DNA of 64,000 bases, from UHGV virus genome UHGV-0128973. One strand, written 5' to 3'. How positions within the stretch are numbered: the stretch's first letter is position 1; each line of letters opens with the position of its first letter. The notes under the pieces are model-generated. The model made no database searches and was not told where the DNA came from. It saw only the letters and a program-made list of their open reading frames with translations. The translations under genes were made by a program, and so were the position numbers. Of the stretch, positions 18,351-27,473 are shown one piece after another. Source of the DNA: a virus.

Positions 18351-18357
18351 AAGGTAA
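18202..18357 (+). CDS. hok: Hok/Gef-family membrane toxin (51 aa; below the ORF-track size cutoff).
   Basis: MKQQKAMLIALIVICLTVIVTALVTRKDLCEVRIRTSQTEVTVFTAYESER aligns with R1 Hok (..[26 protein letters not shown]..). The 5' GGTGCTTGAGG is complementary to the 3' CCTCAATGCACC (tac/fbi-like pairing). Confidence 0.85.
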   Translation: MKQQKAMLIALIVICLTVIVTALVTRKDLCEVRIRTSQTEVTVFTAYESER

Positions 18358-18431
18358 GAGACCTGGCGGGGAGAGATCCCCGTCACTCTTCGTGTGTCAG
18401 GTATCCTCAATGCACCCTTTCCTCTCCAAAT

Positions 18432-18458
18432 AAAAAAGCTCCCGAAGGAGCTTTAAAA
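18432..18458. terminator. Bidirectional rho-independent terminator between hok and the convergent tail genes.
   Basis: AAAGCTCC-CGAA-GGAGCTTT, flanked by A-runs and T-runs. Confidence 0.7.
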
Positions 18459-18473
18459 TACAAGGGATGACTC

Positions 18474-18983
18474 TTAATCCCACTCAATCCAGTTGTAGAC
18501 GATACGAAGTGACGGGCGCACAGCGGCAGTCACATCTTCGGTACTAAAGTCGATTGCATCACTGTAGATTTTGCAGTCCAACATTTCAATTGTTGTAGCA
18601 GCTTTTGTCACAGCGTTAACCCCGGAAGATTTGGATTCAGGGGTCGCAGCCATCGTGATATCAACATAGTCCTTCGCCGCAATGCGATCTTTAATGAACT
18701 GAAGAATATCGCCTTCGATAGTCTCCACGCACTGGACCTGGATTTCCCCAGAGTTTCGAATTGGACCGTGCTGGTTGAACTTCACACCATTCGGACCATA
18801 GTCCTCCACATCCTCGCGGGTCATTTCAGGAATTTGCGACGTGCGAACCAGTACGCTGATATCTTCATGGCCTGCAAAAGTGAGCTGGAATTCAGAAGAT
18901 ACCAGTCGTTCGCCTTTGGCCGCGTTGGCAGTATAGCGGCCCTTAATAAATTTACGGTTTCCCTTAGTGTTATTGTGCCCCAT
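18474..18983 (-). CDS. Tail/baseplate module protein (169 aa), one of the P1 pmgF/bplB/pmgG/21 block.
   Basis: Complete ORF, last gene of the minus-strand 23-22-... block. I cannot fix the exact P1 name from memory. Confidence 0.5.
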   Translation of the reverse strand: MGHNNTKGNRKFIKGRYTANAAKGERLVSSEFQLTFAGHEDISVLVRTSQIPEMTREDVEDYGPNGVKFNQHGPIRNSGEIQVQCVETIEGDILQFIKDRIAAKDYVDITMAATPESKSSGVNAVTKAATTIEMLDCKIYSDAIDFSTEDVTAAVRPSLRIVYNWIEWD

Positions 18984-18994
18984 ATAAAATCCTT

Positions 18995-19576
18995 TTACTG
19001 GAACGCCCGAACAATATCGGAGCTGTTATATATCGAAGAACCGGTCAACTGGAGGTTGACGGTGTTTTTCAGGAAATGCCCATTGCTGTCCCTGGGCGCA
19101 TCGAGATCGAAACTTATGTCCTGGATAGCGACATCAATGATGTTGATCCGGCGACCAATGTTTAGCGTCACACGCTCCGGGATTCGACCACCAATGCTGG
19201 CATCTTTAAGTTCCGGGCTAATCATCGCTGACAATGCGGCGATAGCTCCTGAAACCTCAGTGAATGGGTCAAACAAAGCGATGAAAGTTACTGGCAGCGT
19301 GAAAGTCGGCGGTGTTCCCCCCTCCCAAACCATTAAGCTGTTCCAACGGGCCACCGACGTTGTTTCAGTACCAACCTGCGCAAAACCACTGAAAGCACCA
19401 GCAACAGACCCCATGGACATACCGGTAAACGGCGCTTCCCAATTCTGGGCCATGTTCATTGCTGCCCCCTGGCTGATATATCCGGTAACCTGGTACTGAG
19501 AGTTCGTTAAAGTAACTTTCAGAAATGGCGATACACCGTCAGCCTGGCTGTAAACCCCATAAGGTATAGGTGCCAT
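18995..19576 (-). CDS. Tail/baseplate module protein (193 aa).
   Basis: Complete ORF with tight spacing to its neighbours, in the P1 tail-module position. Confidence 0.5.
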   Translation of the reverse strand: MAPIPYGVYSQADGVSPFLKVTLTNSQYQVTGYISQGAAMNMAQNWEAPFTGMSMGSVAGAFSGFAQVGTETTSVARWNSLMVWEGGTPPTFTLPVTFIALFDPFTEVSGAIAALSAMISPELKDASIGGRIPERVTLNIGRRINIIDVAIQDISFDLDAPRDSNGHFLKNTVNLQLTGSSIYNSSDIVRAFQ

Positions 19577-19611
19577 TCAAGTTAAAGGCCGGAGTTCTCC
19601 GGCCTCCTCCT

Positions 19612-20427
19612 TTAGCCAAGGCGCTTACGGCGCAGTTTCATTGACTTTTTGCGGGCAAGTTTTGCCGCGCCGGTCTGGGCTTTTCGACGTGCTTTTTTCA
19701 GCGCCGATTTTTGAGCCGCAGTCAGACGTTTTTTACGCAGGCGTTTACGGATGAGTTTGATCTCACCGTTACGAACAACCTTCTTAAATGCTTCAGTCAG
19801 CATTTCATCAGAAGTGCCAGCAACAACAAACGCCGCTTCCAGTTCGTCGCGGTCGTCGCTATCTAAACCAGCGATAGAGGCACCAACATCAGCAGCAGCG
19901 TCGTCGTCTTCATCGTCAGCCAGTGCTTCGATCAGGTCATCATCTACACCGCATGCTGCGAGGAAGTCAGCAACATTTGCCCATGCTTCGTTATAGGCAT
20001 CGTCCTGTTCTTCTGTAACTTCGGAGTCGTCGTCATCAGAGATACCAGCGATAGCCTGAACGAAACCATCAAGGGAGTCGAAAGTCAGATCACCGCTATC
20101 AGCCCAGGAGAAAACGGCGTCGGCCGCATCACTCAACGCATTCTGCATAGCACTTCGATTTGCAGCTTCCAGAATCATCTGGTGCGCCTGTTCGACGGTC
20201 CATTCTTTACCGTCTTTCCCTTCCAGGATTTGCTCTGGAGCCGGGGCAGATGGAACGTTATCGTTAGTCTGTGCCGCCGGTTCCGGATTATTATTAATAA
20301 CCGGATCTGTTGGCGGTTCGGCGCTTGCTCGGGCAGACTCCATCAGCTGCACAGGATCAGAGTTCAAAGCGAAACGGGACAGTCCATTCCCCAAAAATGC
20401 CCCGGATTGAAAAAAGTTTTTGCTCAT
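19612..20427 (-). CDS. Tail-module protein with an acidic core and a highly basic C-terminal tail (271 aa).
   Basis: Complete ORF immediately downstream of the sheath gene. It has D/E-rich segments followed by KLIRKRLRKKRLTAAQKSALKKARRKAQTGAAKLARKKSMKLRRKRLG. Confidence 0.5.
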   Translation of the reverse strand: MSKNFFQSGAFLGNGLSRFALNSDPVQLMESARASAEPPTDPVINNNPEPAAQTNDNVPSAPAPEQILEGKDGKEWTVEQAHQMILEAANRSAMQNALSDAADAVFSWADSGDLTFDSLDGFVQAIAGISDDDDSEVTEEQDDAYNEAWANVADFLAACGVDDDLIEALADDEDDDAAADVGASIAGLDSDDRDELEAAFVVAGTSDEMLTEAFKKVVRNGEIKLIRKRLRKKRLTAAQKSALKKARRKAQTGAAKLARKKSMKLRRKRLG

Positions 20428-20436
20428 TGTATTCCC

Positions 20437-22026
20437 TTACTTAATAAGCAGCGGTACGCCCTGGATACGACGGGCTACGCCAGTCGGGCAGCAGGCCCAG
20501 ACTACTTCCCATTTATCGAATTCCGCCTGCGTAACTTTCAGCACATACGGTTCTGTACCGTCAGCATCGGGATCACGAGGAGCCACCAGAGCGCCGGAGG
20601 CGACAAAGCGATCTAAAAGTTTGGTCATCCCTTTAGTCAGGCCAGCCGCAGTAATACCGTCCGGGCTATGCTTCATCTGTCGGGCTAACTGGACAAAGAA
20701 ACGGCTGATTGCATTCATCAGGGATGGGACGTGCTGGAAGTGCAGATAGTTATCCTGCGTGCAGCAAGTTAAAGCATCGTCGATGATCATCTGGCCAGAG
20801 GTGCCAACAGATACTTTATTGAGACGGCCCTTGACCATTGCTTCTTCGTCCGGGGTATCTTCCGGATACAGCGGTTGAATTGACGCACGAGCAATGACGG
20901 CACGTTCTTCACCAGCCGGTGAGTAATGCCAACCGCCGACATCAGAGTTTTTCTTGACGCCACGAGCTTTCGCCGCATACGCCGCGCCAGACAGACCGAA
21001 GACCACACGGGATTGGGTCCATTTGTCTTTGCAGGAGAACGGATAGTGATAGACAGAACAGCTTACATAATCGGTACCAAGTAAACCGGTACCCTCAACA
21101 GCTGTTAGTGCTTCTGCGTACCTTAATGTCGGTTTGACATCAAAGAAGCCATCAATCAGGCGATCTGCACAGATTTTACCTAATGCGGTGATAGCCGCAT
21201 TGTCATAGCAGCCCAGGCCAAGAACAGCGGTGTACATGTACGGCGCATTATTCAGCACTTTAACCGCACGCAGGTAAGCAGCGGTTGAGATTTTCGACTG
21301 ATCGCCATTGGTACCGCCAGTGAATGCCACCGATTTTTTGTTTGTTACTTTCGCTGTAGAAATCAGCTCTTCATTAACAACCGCACGCAGATATTTAGAA
21401 CGGGCTTCCAGAGCCGTAGGCAGATAACACAAGCGGCCCATGTCATCTTTCGCTTCTTCCGCCAAAGACACAGTGTGTGTCTCCAGGGTCGTTACCACAC
21501 CGAGCGAAGTCGTCTGGGTCAGTTTTAAGAGGAAGCGTTCATTACCCGCGCTGTCCGCTGTTGCCGTTTCGATGGTTAACTCACGGGTAGGTGAAATACA
21601 CGGATCACCATCATCAACGTAGATAGCAAAGGCTTCGCCGCTATCAAGTTCAATTTCAGAACCGTATGGCAACGCACTGTTAGCCGGTTCGCCTGATTCA
21701 TCGAACATAATAATCGGGAACTTCGCATCATCCGGAACAGCACGGACAACATAACCAGACGTTTGCTGAATAGCTTCGTACACATGGCGAATTGGTTCAA
21801 ACTGTGAGCCGGAAGACGGCTTCAGCGGTTCGCCGAGAACATCTTCGTAATTGGACTCAGTAACCGCAAGAACAGTAAACGGCTTGCCACGCGCAAATAC
21901 GCCAATACCAGCCCATAAGCTGCTATTTAATGCAACACCGGTAGATAACGTCGCATCGGCATTGATCGGGCTAACCGCGACGCTGGATGCATTACCTAAT
22001 GACTGTTGAATTGAATATTGAGACAT
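20437..22026 (-). CDS. 22: Contractile tail sheath protein (529 aa).
   Basis: Its size and its position between the capsid gene and the tail genes match P1 gene 22. The sequence character is sheath-like. Confidence 0.65.
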   Translation of the reverse strand: MSQYSIQQSLGNASSVAVSPINADATLSTGVALNSSLWAGIGVFARGKPFTVLAVTESNYEDVLGEPLKPSSGSQFEPIRHVYEAIQQTSGYVVRAVPDDAKFPIIMFDESGEPANSALPYGSEIELDSGEAFAIYVDDGDPCISPTRELTIETATADSAGNERFLLKLTQTTSLGVVTTLETHTVSLAEEAKDDMGRLCYLPTALEARSKYLRAVVNEELISTAKVTNKKSVAFTGGTNGDQSKISTAAYLRAVKVLNNAPYMYTAVLGLGCYDNAAITALGKICADRLIDGFFDVKPTLRYAEALTAVEGTGLLGTDYVSCSVYHYPFSCKDKWTQSRVVFGLSGAAYAAKARGVKKNSDVGGWHYSPAGEERAVIARASIQPLYPEDTPDEEAMVKGRLNKVSVGTSGQMIIDDALTCCTQDNYLHFQHVPSLMNAISRFFVQLARQMKHSPDGITAAGLTKGMTKLLDRFVASGALVAPRDPDADGTEPYVLKVTQAEFDKWEVVWACCPTGVARRIQGVPLLIK

Positions 22027-22086
22027 AACTTTCCCTGTTATGCGCCCCGCACGGGGGCGCTATGTTAAACGGAGAACTTCCCGTGA

Positions 22087-23793
22087 TTACTCAGAGTCAC
22101 CGGCATCAATCATGTTACCGGTCAGGAAGTTAATTCCGCCATTTTTGGCCATAGTCAGAGTTACACGCGTGAAGTAGTCAGCGCCGTTACGTGGGTGCAT
22201 ATCGTTGATAGCCGAACCCCACAGAGTGGTTCGGTTGACTAGTGCCGGGGTGGTCGGATGCTGGAATGGGACAGCCGGGACTGCATCACCAGTTACGAAG
22301 CCCGCTTTGCCCGGATTTTCATCACGGACGTAGCACAGCACATCCATTGGGCTGAACTGGATACCGTCGGCGGTCAGGTTCGTACAAATACCTTCTGGTA
22401 CTTCGAACACTTTGACGTTGCCGAACAGAGTGCCAATGTAGTGGACGTATGGGGTCTGGATGTAATCTTCTGCTGGCTGGAAGAAATCCTTCGGCAATTG
22501 TTTGAAGAAAGATGCCGCATCAGCACCGGCATACATCCCCATCGCACCAGAAGATTTAATACGCTCAATAATACCGCGATATACCGTCTGGAATTTGCCT
22601 CGAATGATGGTTGCCCACACATCAAAGGACTGGTTAGCTGGCAGTGCAATATCAAAGGAGTCGGTCGCAAGAGTTCGCCAAATCATGATACGAAGACGAA
22701 GCATATCTTGCTCATGGGACAGGTATTCCTTCAGGGTGCGGAACTGTAGGGAGCCAAGATCCAGACCAAATTCACGCTGTGCTTCATACGCCGCCTGTAC
22801 CGTATGCTCAGCCGCGATGACGAACTGGTTTGGGAACAGGGTGTAACTCTTCATTTCGTGGTTGATAAGTGGGATCAGCTCAGGAGCTGCTTCTATATTG
22901 ATCTCCACCTCAATGGCGATCTCAGTGCCTTTATCCGGCGCTTTGGAGAACGACAGGGCAATCTGACCAACGTTGTAATTCAAAGAGCAAGTAACAGTGA
23001 TTTGTTCGCCTGCTTTGTTATTGAATGTGTGAAGCAGAGTGCCGGAGCCGTTATCAACAACAGACTTAATACGGTTAACGTAGATGTTTGTGCGACCTTT
23101 GCGAATCGGGACATTCTGACCTTCGACATCTTCCATCTTGAAGGTTGCAGTTTTGCTGGTGCCGTCGGAGCTTGCAACCAGCACATAGCGGCGGCGCAAC
23201 TGGCTGTACACGCCAACGGATTGCATGTCCAGAACATCACCAATAGCATAAGAGCCAAAAGAAGAACCCGCTACGTTAAAGATTTCATAGATTTCGGACT
23301 TGTCACGCGTAACCGGAATGAATGTACACGCATCAGCGGTAGCTGCCCCCAACTGAACAGGCAGGATCATCGCCAGGAATAAAGGCAGACGCATAACCCC
23401 GTCAGAAACACTCATCATCTCTGCCGCGACTGATTCCAGCATCGCTTTATTGGTGGCGTCCATGCTATTGCGGGTGGACTCAATCAGGCAGTTTTCCAGC
23501 GTCTGGTGGCAGGAGGCCAGAATTTCCGGACGTGGCATAGATTTATGTGTTGCGGCGTAGTCAGCCAGTGCACTTGCCCACGCTGTAGCGATTTGAGCGG
23601 TGGCATTATCAGAGATACCCGCAAAAATTGGGTCTTTACGTGCAGCTTCAAGGATAGATGCGGCACGCGCGGCATCATCTTTAATGAATTGGTTATCAGT
23701 ACCGAACTGCGCAGTGCTTGCCCAGCCAAGCACAGCTTTAGAGCGTTTTGCGATATCTGCAATACGATTCTGGTATTCGCGTAAGTTACTCAA
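22087..23793 (-). CDS. 23: Major capsid protein precursor (568 aa from the TTG start supported by an AAGGAAG RBS; the ORF extends to 23814).
   Basis: Large ORF adjacent to parS/parB, as for P1 gene 23. AAGGAAGAGTAAATTG gives a start reading MSNLREYQ. Confidence 0.65.
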   Translation of the reverse strand: MSNLREYQNRIADIAKRSKAVLGWASTAQFGTDNQFIKDDAARAASILEAARKDPIFAGISDNATAQIATAWASALADYAATHKSMPRPEILASCHQTLENCLIESTRNSMDATNKAMLESVAAEMMSVSDGVMRLPLFLAMILPVQLGAATADACTFIPVTRDKSEIYEIFNVAGSSFGSYAIGDVLDMQSVGVYSQLRRRYVLVASSDGTSKTATFKMEDVEGQNVPIRKGRTNIYVNRIKSVVDNGSGTLLHTFNNKAGEQITVTCSLNYNVGQIALSFSKAPDKGTEIAIEVEINIEAAPELIPLINHEMKSYTLFPNQFVIAAEHTVQAAYEAQREFGLDLGSLQFRTLKEYLSHEQDMLRLRIMIWRTLATDSFDIALPANQSFDVWATIIRGKFQTVYRGIIERIKSSGAMGMYAGADAASFFKQLPKDFFQPAEDYIQTPYVHYIGTLFGNVKVFEVPEGICTNLTADGIQFSPMDVLCYVRDENPGKAGFVTGDAVPAVPFQHPTTPALVNRTTLWGSAINDMHPRNGADYFTRVTLTMAKNGGINFLTGNMIDAGDSE

Positions 23794-23930
23794 TTTACTC
23801 TTCCTTAAACACAAGGCACTTGTGTGAATCCCTTTTCGGAAGAGATTTTATTGAAAGTCACTTGTTGACTTTCTCGTGACAAGCAATTTTTTTATTTTTT
23901 TCGGGAGTAGGGGAGGAAGGTAAAATCCAA

Positions 23931-24015
23931 GGTGAAATCGTGGCGATTTCACCTTGAAATTTTAGATAGATTTACTTTAAAAACAGTAGGTTAATAGTGA
24001 AATTTGAATGGCGAA
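23931..24015. other. parS: parS partition (centromere) site.
   Basis: Box A heptamers (ATTTCAC/GTGAAAT at 23933, 23946 and 23998) and box B hexamers (TGGCGA at 23941 and 24009) flank an AT-rich IHF-type spacer, directly downstream of parB. Confidence 0.85.
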
Positions 24016-24018
24016 AGT

Positions 24019-25020
24019 TTAAGGCTTCGGCTTTTTATCGAGGCTCTTTCTAAGGATATGCCCAATCATCCTGTCGAGTTCTTCCTGTAGCTCTTTTGAA
24101 AGTCGATTAAACTCATAAGAAAATGCACGGCCTTTCACGCGCTTCCTTGCAAAGCGATCCTTGTCCTCAAATTTCCATAATTCAGTAACTACGGACTTAT
24201 CTTTAGAACCTTTATCCGTGAGTAGTGAGGCTTCCTTTGTTATCAAGCGCAGGATTTTATTTTTAACTTCATCTTCGGCCATTTCTTCAATGGATAAGAT
24301 GTCGTTTATTTCCGGGGATATGTTTTGAATAAGCTGATCAAACTCTAAATTCTTGTTCCCCATTTCGTCGCCAACAGCACAAAGCGTTTTGTAGTCCGAA
24401 AAGGTTAATTCCGACTGCACAGGGAAAAGGGCGACTAATTCTTCCGGAGCACTCGCTGCCTGGAGAGCACGCGTGACTTTCGCCTGAGACAGCCCTTCCT
24501 TGGCTGCAATATCCTTCTGACTCATCCCATCATTTTTCATTCGCATTAAACGCAGACCTATTTCTCGAATGCTGTGCTGCAATGCTGTCTGAACGTCTTT
24601 CGCTAAATTTTGCGCTTCCTGAACGCTGATCTCCTGGTCCGTGACTAAAACCCGCAACCCTACGTTCTCTAAGATGGCAGAAGCTCGACGCCGGGAACCA
24701 TCCAAAATTTCAATTTTCCCTGTAGCCCGTCTAACACCTATTGCAGGGTAAAATTGCTGATGCTTAATAGTGCTTCGGATACTTTTTAATGATTTTGGCG
24801 TAAGAGATGCCTGGTCACGCCCGTTGTTATGCTGATCAACAAAGGTATCGCTTTCTACCTGGTTCGGAGGTATTACCTCTTCAATAAATGTGGCCTGGCG
24901 ACCAGTTGATAACTTGAATACCTGCTCGACTCGATCGCCAGAGGATGAAGAACTATCAAATCCGCTTAATATTGAAGGATTAAGGGTTCGCCCAATTGTT
25001 GGTCTGTTTTTCTTTGACAT
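24019..25020 (-). CDS. parB: Partition protein ParB (333 aa).
   Basis: A 333-aa ParB-type protein with an HTH (MSQKDIAAKEGLSQAKVTRAL) between parA and parS. The sequence is recognisably P1 ParB-like. Confidence 0.9.
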   Translation of the reverse strand: MSKKNRPTIGRTLNPSILSGFDSSSSSGDRVEQVFKLSTGRQATFIEEVIPPNQVESDTFVDQHNNGRDQASLTPKSLKSIRSTIKHQQFYPAIGVRRATGKIEILDGSRRRASAILENVGLRVLVTDQEISVQEAQNLAKDVQTALQHSIREIGLRLMRMKNDGMSQKDIAAKEGLSQAKVTRALQAASAPEELVALFPVQSELTFSDYKTLCAVGDEMGNKNLEFDQLIQNISPEINDILSIEEMAEDEVKNKILRLITKEASLLTDKGSKDKSVVTELWKFEDKDRFARKRVKGRAFSYEFNRLSKELQEELDRMIGHILRKSLDKKPKP

Positions 25021-25036
25021 GGGGGTTTCTTACTCC

Positions 25037-26233
25037 TCAGTTAGATCTGATAAATTCAATACGGTCAAAAACTGCTTTAGCAAAATCTTCCGCAGCAATT
25101 CGCGCGTTCTTCAATGCATCAGCACTACCAACATACGTTGCCGGGTTAGCTGAAATAACAGTGTCAAAAGACTCGCCGCAGCGTTCAAAACCGTCAAGGC
25201 GAGGGAGGACAACATCAAGCATATCCCCACCGAACACTTCTTTAGCCAAGCTATGGCAATACTTATGGTCTGCCTTGTTACTCAACTTGGACATAAAACC
25301 AATGTTAGTTGCAAGCTGACACTCGCAGCCTTCATCCGAAATGAGTTTCACCAACTCAGGAAGACGGGCAACGTATTTAAGCGATGAGTGGAAATCAACC
25401 GTTGCAGGCGGCAGAGGTGTAAACAATATATTGGCCGAGGCCAAAGCATTTTTCAGGAAGGCGTCAAGGTGAGGACCACTATCAACGAGGATAAAGTCAT
25501 AATCGCTCTTCAGCTTATCAATCACATTTTCTTTCAGTACTGCATGGATGTTCTGACCCGGTAGATGCTCATTGCACAGCTCTCTCCAATCGGATGCAAT
25601 AAAGGCATCGTCAATCGACGCAGGCATAACGTCAACCCCAGGTACAACAGAAGGAACAATAAACTCCTCTAACAGCTCTTCACGGCTTACATTCTGCAAC
25701 ATAGCCTGTGCAGATGTTGCGTTTACGATACCAATAGAGTGTTTATGGCTTAAAAACATCGTTGCTGAAGATTGCGGATCAAGGTCAATAACCAGAATCC
25801 TTAAATCTTCCATCAGAAGATGAGGGTGAGCACGCATTGCATGCGCCAGAGAAACCGTCGATACAGTTTTTGACACACCGCCTTTAAGATTGGAGATGAA
25901 AATCACATACGCTTCGCTGTAGCGATCCCGGTATTTTGGCACTCCGCGATGTTCATATATGTCGATGATGTTCTGAATTGACATCGCATATTTCATTGAA
26001 GAGCCAGCAGGGCGTTTATCGAAAACATAACCCTTTTCTTCCATTTCACTTACGGCATAGTCAACGTTCGCACGAGTCAGTAGAGGCAATTTTGCCAGTG
26101 CCGCTTTCGCATAGACCTGGTAAAACTCGTTCGCGTGTAGCTCATCCTTTTGCAACTGTACTTGTTCAGTCAGAACATTGAGCATTCTATTTGCTCTTTG
26201 AGCAACCTTGTGAAGCTGGCTGGAATCACTCAT
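25037..26233 (-). CDS. parA: Partition ATPase ParA (398 aa).
   Basis: Deviant Walker A (SNLKGGVSKT) in a type Ia ParA with an N-terminal DNA-binding extension, located upstream of parB. Confidence 0.9.
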   Translation of the reverse strand: MSDSSQLHKVAQRANRMLNVLTEQVQLQKDELHANEFYQVYAKAALAKLPLLTRANVDYAVSEMEEKGYVFDKRPAGSSMKYAMSIQNIIDIYEHRGVPKYRDRYSEAYVIFISNLKGGVSKTVSTVSLAHAMRAHPHLLMEDLRILVIDLDPQSSATMFLSHKHSIGIVNATSAQAMLQNVSREELLEEFIVPSVVPGVDVMPASIDDAFIASDWRELCNEHLPGQNIHAVLKENVIDKLKSDYDFILVDSGPHLDAFLKNALASANILFTPLPPATVDFHSSLKYVARLPELVKLISDEGCECQLATNIGFMSKLSNKADHKYCHSLAKEVFGGDMLDVVLPRLDGFERCGESFDTVISANPATYVGSADALKNARIAAEDFAKAVFDRIEFIRSN

Positions 26234-26373
26234 CGAAAGTCATCCTTTATGCTGTATTTTTGAATTTAATTAAAAATGCTGCATAAAATAATAATGTATG
26301 CGTAGATGCTTGTACATAGCATTCTCTGCATGTTTGGTTCATTTTGCACGATTGAGAGTTACAAGGAGGGCAC

Positions 26374-26394
26374 AAAAAAGCCCCGTTCAGGGGC
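26374..26394 (-). terminator. Rho-independent terminator ending the two-gene cassette.
   Basis: The minus strand reads GCCCC-TGAAC-GGGGC followed by TTTTTTG, 8 nt after the stop of the 26402 ORF. Confidence 0.75.
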
Positions 26395-26401
26395 ATCAGT
26401 G

Positions 26402-26650
26402 TTATTTGCTAAGAGCAGCGAATAATCGTTCGAAATCGATAGTATCTATAGCACGCGTAAGCGCCGGAAGTTCAGCCTCAAAGTACCCATGTCGATCGTA
26501 AAAGAAGGGACCGAAGAGCGAGGCATGTTGGATTCTACTTCGCCCCAGCCCGGACACACAGTTAAGCCCATTACCGGCTAAAAGGCTAAAAAACTTCTCT
26601 GGATTATCGTGGTAAAGCTGGGAATCAATGGTGGCGGTTAACTCTTCCAT
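26402..26650 (-). CDS. Hypothetical protein (82 aa from ATG 26650; the GTG-extended ORF reaches 26662). It is the partner of the T5orf172-like gene.
   Basis: Complete ORF 21-33 nt downstream of the 175-aa gene and followed by a terminator. I recognise no motif in it. Confidence 0.5.
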   Translation of the reverse strand: MEELTATIDSQLYHDNPEKFFSLLAGNGLNCVSGLGRSRIQHASLFGPFFYDRHGYFEAELPALTRAIDTIDFERLFAALSK

Positions 26651-26683
26651 AGGGAAGCACACCCGCCCTGTATCCCAGGGATA

Positions 26684-27211
26684 TTAAGTCCGAAGCATAA
26701 ACATTGCTTTCAGCAATTCACATTGAGCGCGGATCGCGTCCGGTTCATAGCCAGATATGGAGACATAAGCCACGTCCCTCATTCCTGCGTCATCTTTGAA
26801 AGTCACGATAGAAGTAACATCCAGCTCTTTTTCGAAAGAGCAAGCAGCATCTACTGGACGCTGAAGTAAATCATTCGACTTAATGCGCTCGAGAATCCCT
26901 CCCCACATATCATTTAGATATTCGATATGAGCCAAAACCTTATCAAGACACTCTCGTGTAAACCATTCAGTATGCCCGCCACCGGCGCTTTTCTCCCACG
27001 GCGCATTCCAGGGGAAAAAGGTTGCGTGTAAAGCCCGCTCAAGATTAACCATTGCCAAACGCGTACCACGATAGACCCGTGAAAGCGCAAAATCGGGACT
27101 CACTTGTAGCCCTTTAAACCGTGCCAATGGACCACATGAAATGCCGATTTTAAAAGTATCTCCATTCTCCGGCACCAGAACGTAGAGGTAGTGTTGTTTC
27201 TCTTCTTGCAT
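26684..27211 (-). CDS. T5orf172 / GIY-YIG-superfamily-like protein (175 aa).
   Basis: The motifs YLYVL..FKIGIS..R...LE.ALH..F......GGHTEWF fit the T5orf172 (MUG113) domain pattern. A C-terminal domain of about 70 aa is unassigned. Confidence 0.6.
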   Translation of the reverse strand: MQEEKQHYLYVLVPENGDTFKIGISCGPLARFKGLQVSPDFALSRVYRGTRLAMVNLERALHATFFPWNAPWEKSAGGGHTEWFTRECLDKVLAHIEYLNDMWGGILERIKSNDLLQRPVDAACSFEKELDVTSIVTFKDDAGMRDVAYVSISGYEPDAIRAQCELLKAMFMLRT

Positions 27212-27243
27212 ATCAATACCACTGCTTGATGAGAACCGCGCAA

Positions 27244-27471
27244 ATGTTGACTATGCGCGATGTGACTACAGTCAAAAGTTGACTGTAGTCGATTTAACTC
27301 CACCAAAGATCGACTATGTAAGATATTGTCGGGAGAAACGTTGACTATACGCGATGAAATGACCCTAAAATCCATCTCAATAGCGACTTGCAGAATATTG
27401 ACGCCAGCAAAAATCCACCAGCGTCAACGAATGTCGCCTATAGTCAACTTCTCGCTATCGCATATAGTCAA
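27244..27471. repeat. RepA iteron cluster downstream of repA (incA-like control locus), with mixed orientations.
   Basis: GTTGACTAT(G/A)CGCGAT-type repeats occur at about 27246, 27278 and 27340 (forward) and 27431 and 27454 (reverse), plus the palindrome GACTACAGTCAA-AAG-TTGACTGTAGTC at 27264-27290. Confidence 0.75.
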
Positions 27472-27473
27472 TA

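Noticed and set aside
18768-19499. A plus-strand 243-aa ORF across two tail genes.
   Set aside because: It is antisense to two tightly spaced minus-strand genes of the conserved tail module and has no independent support.
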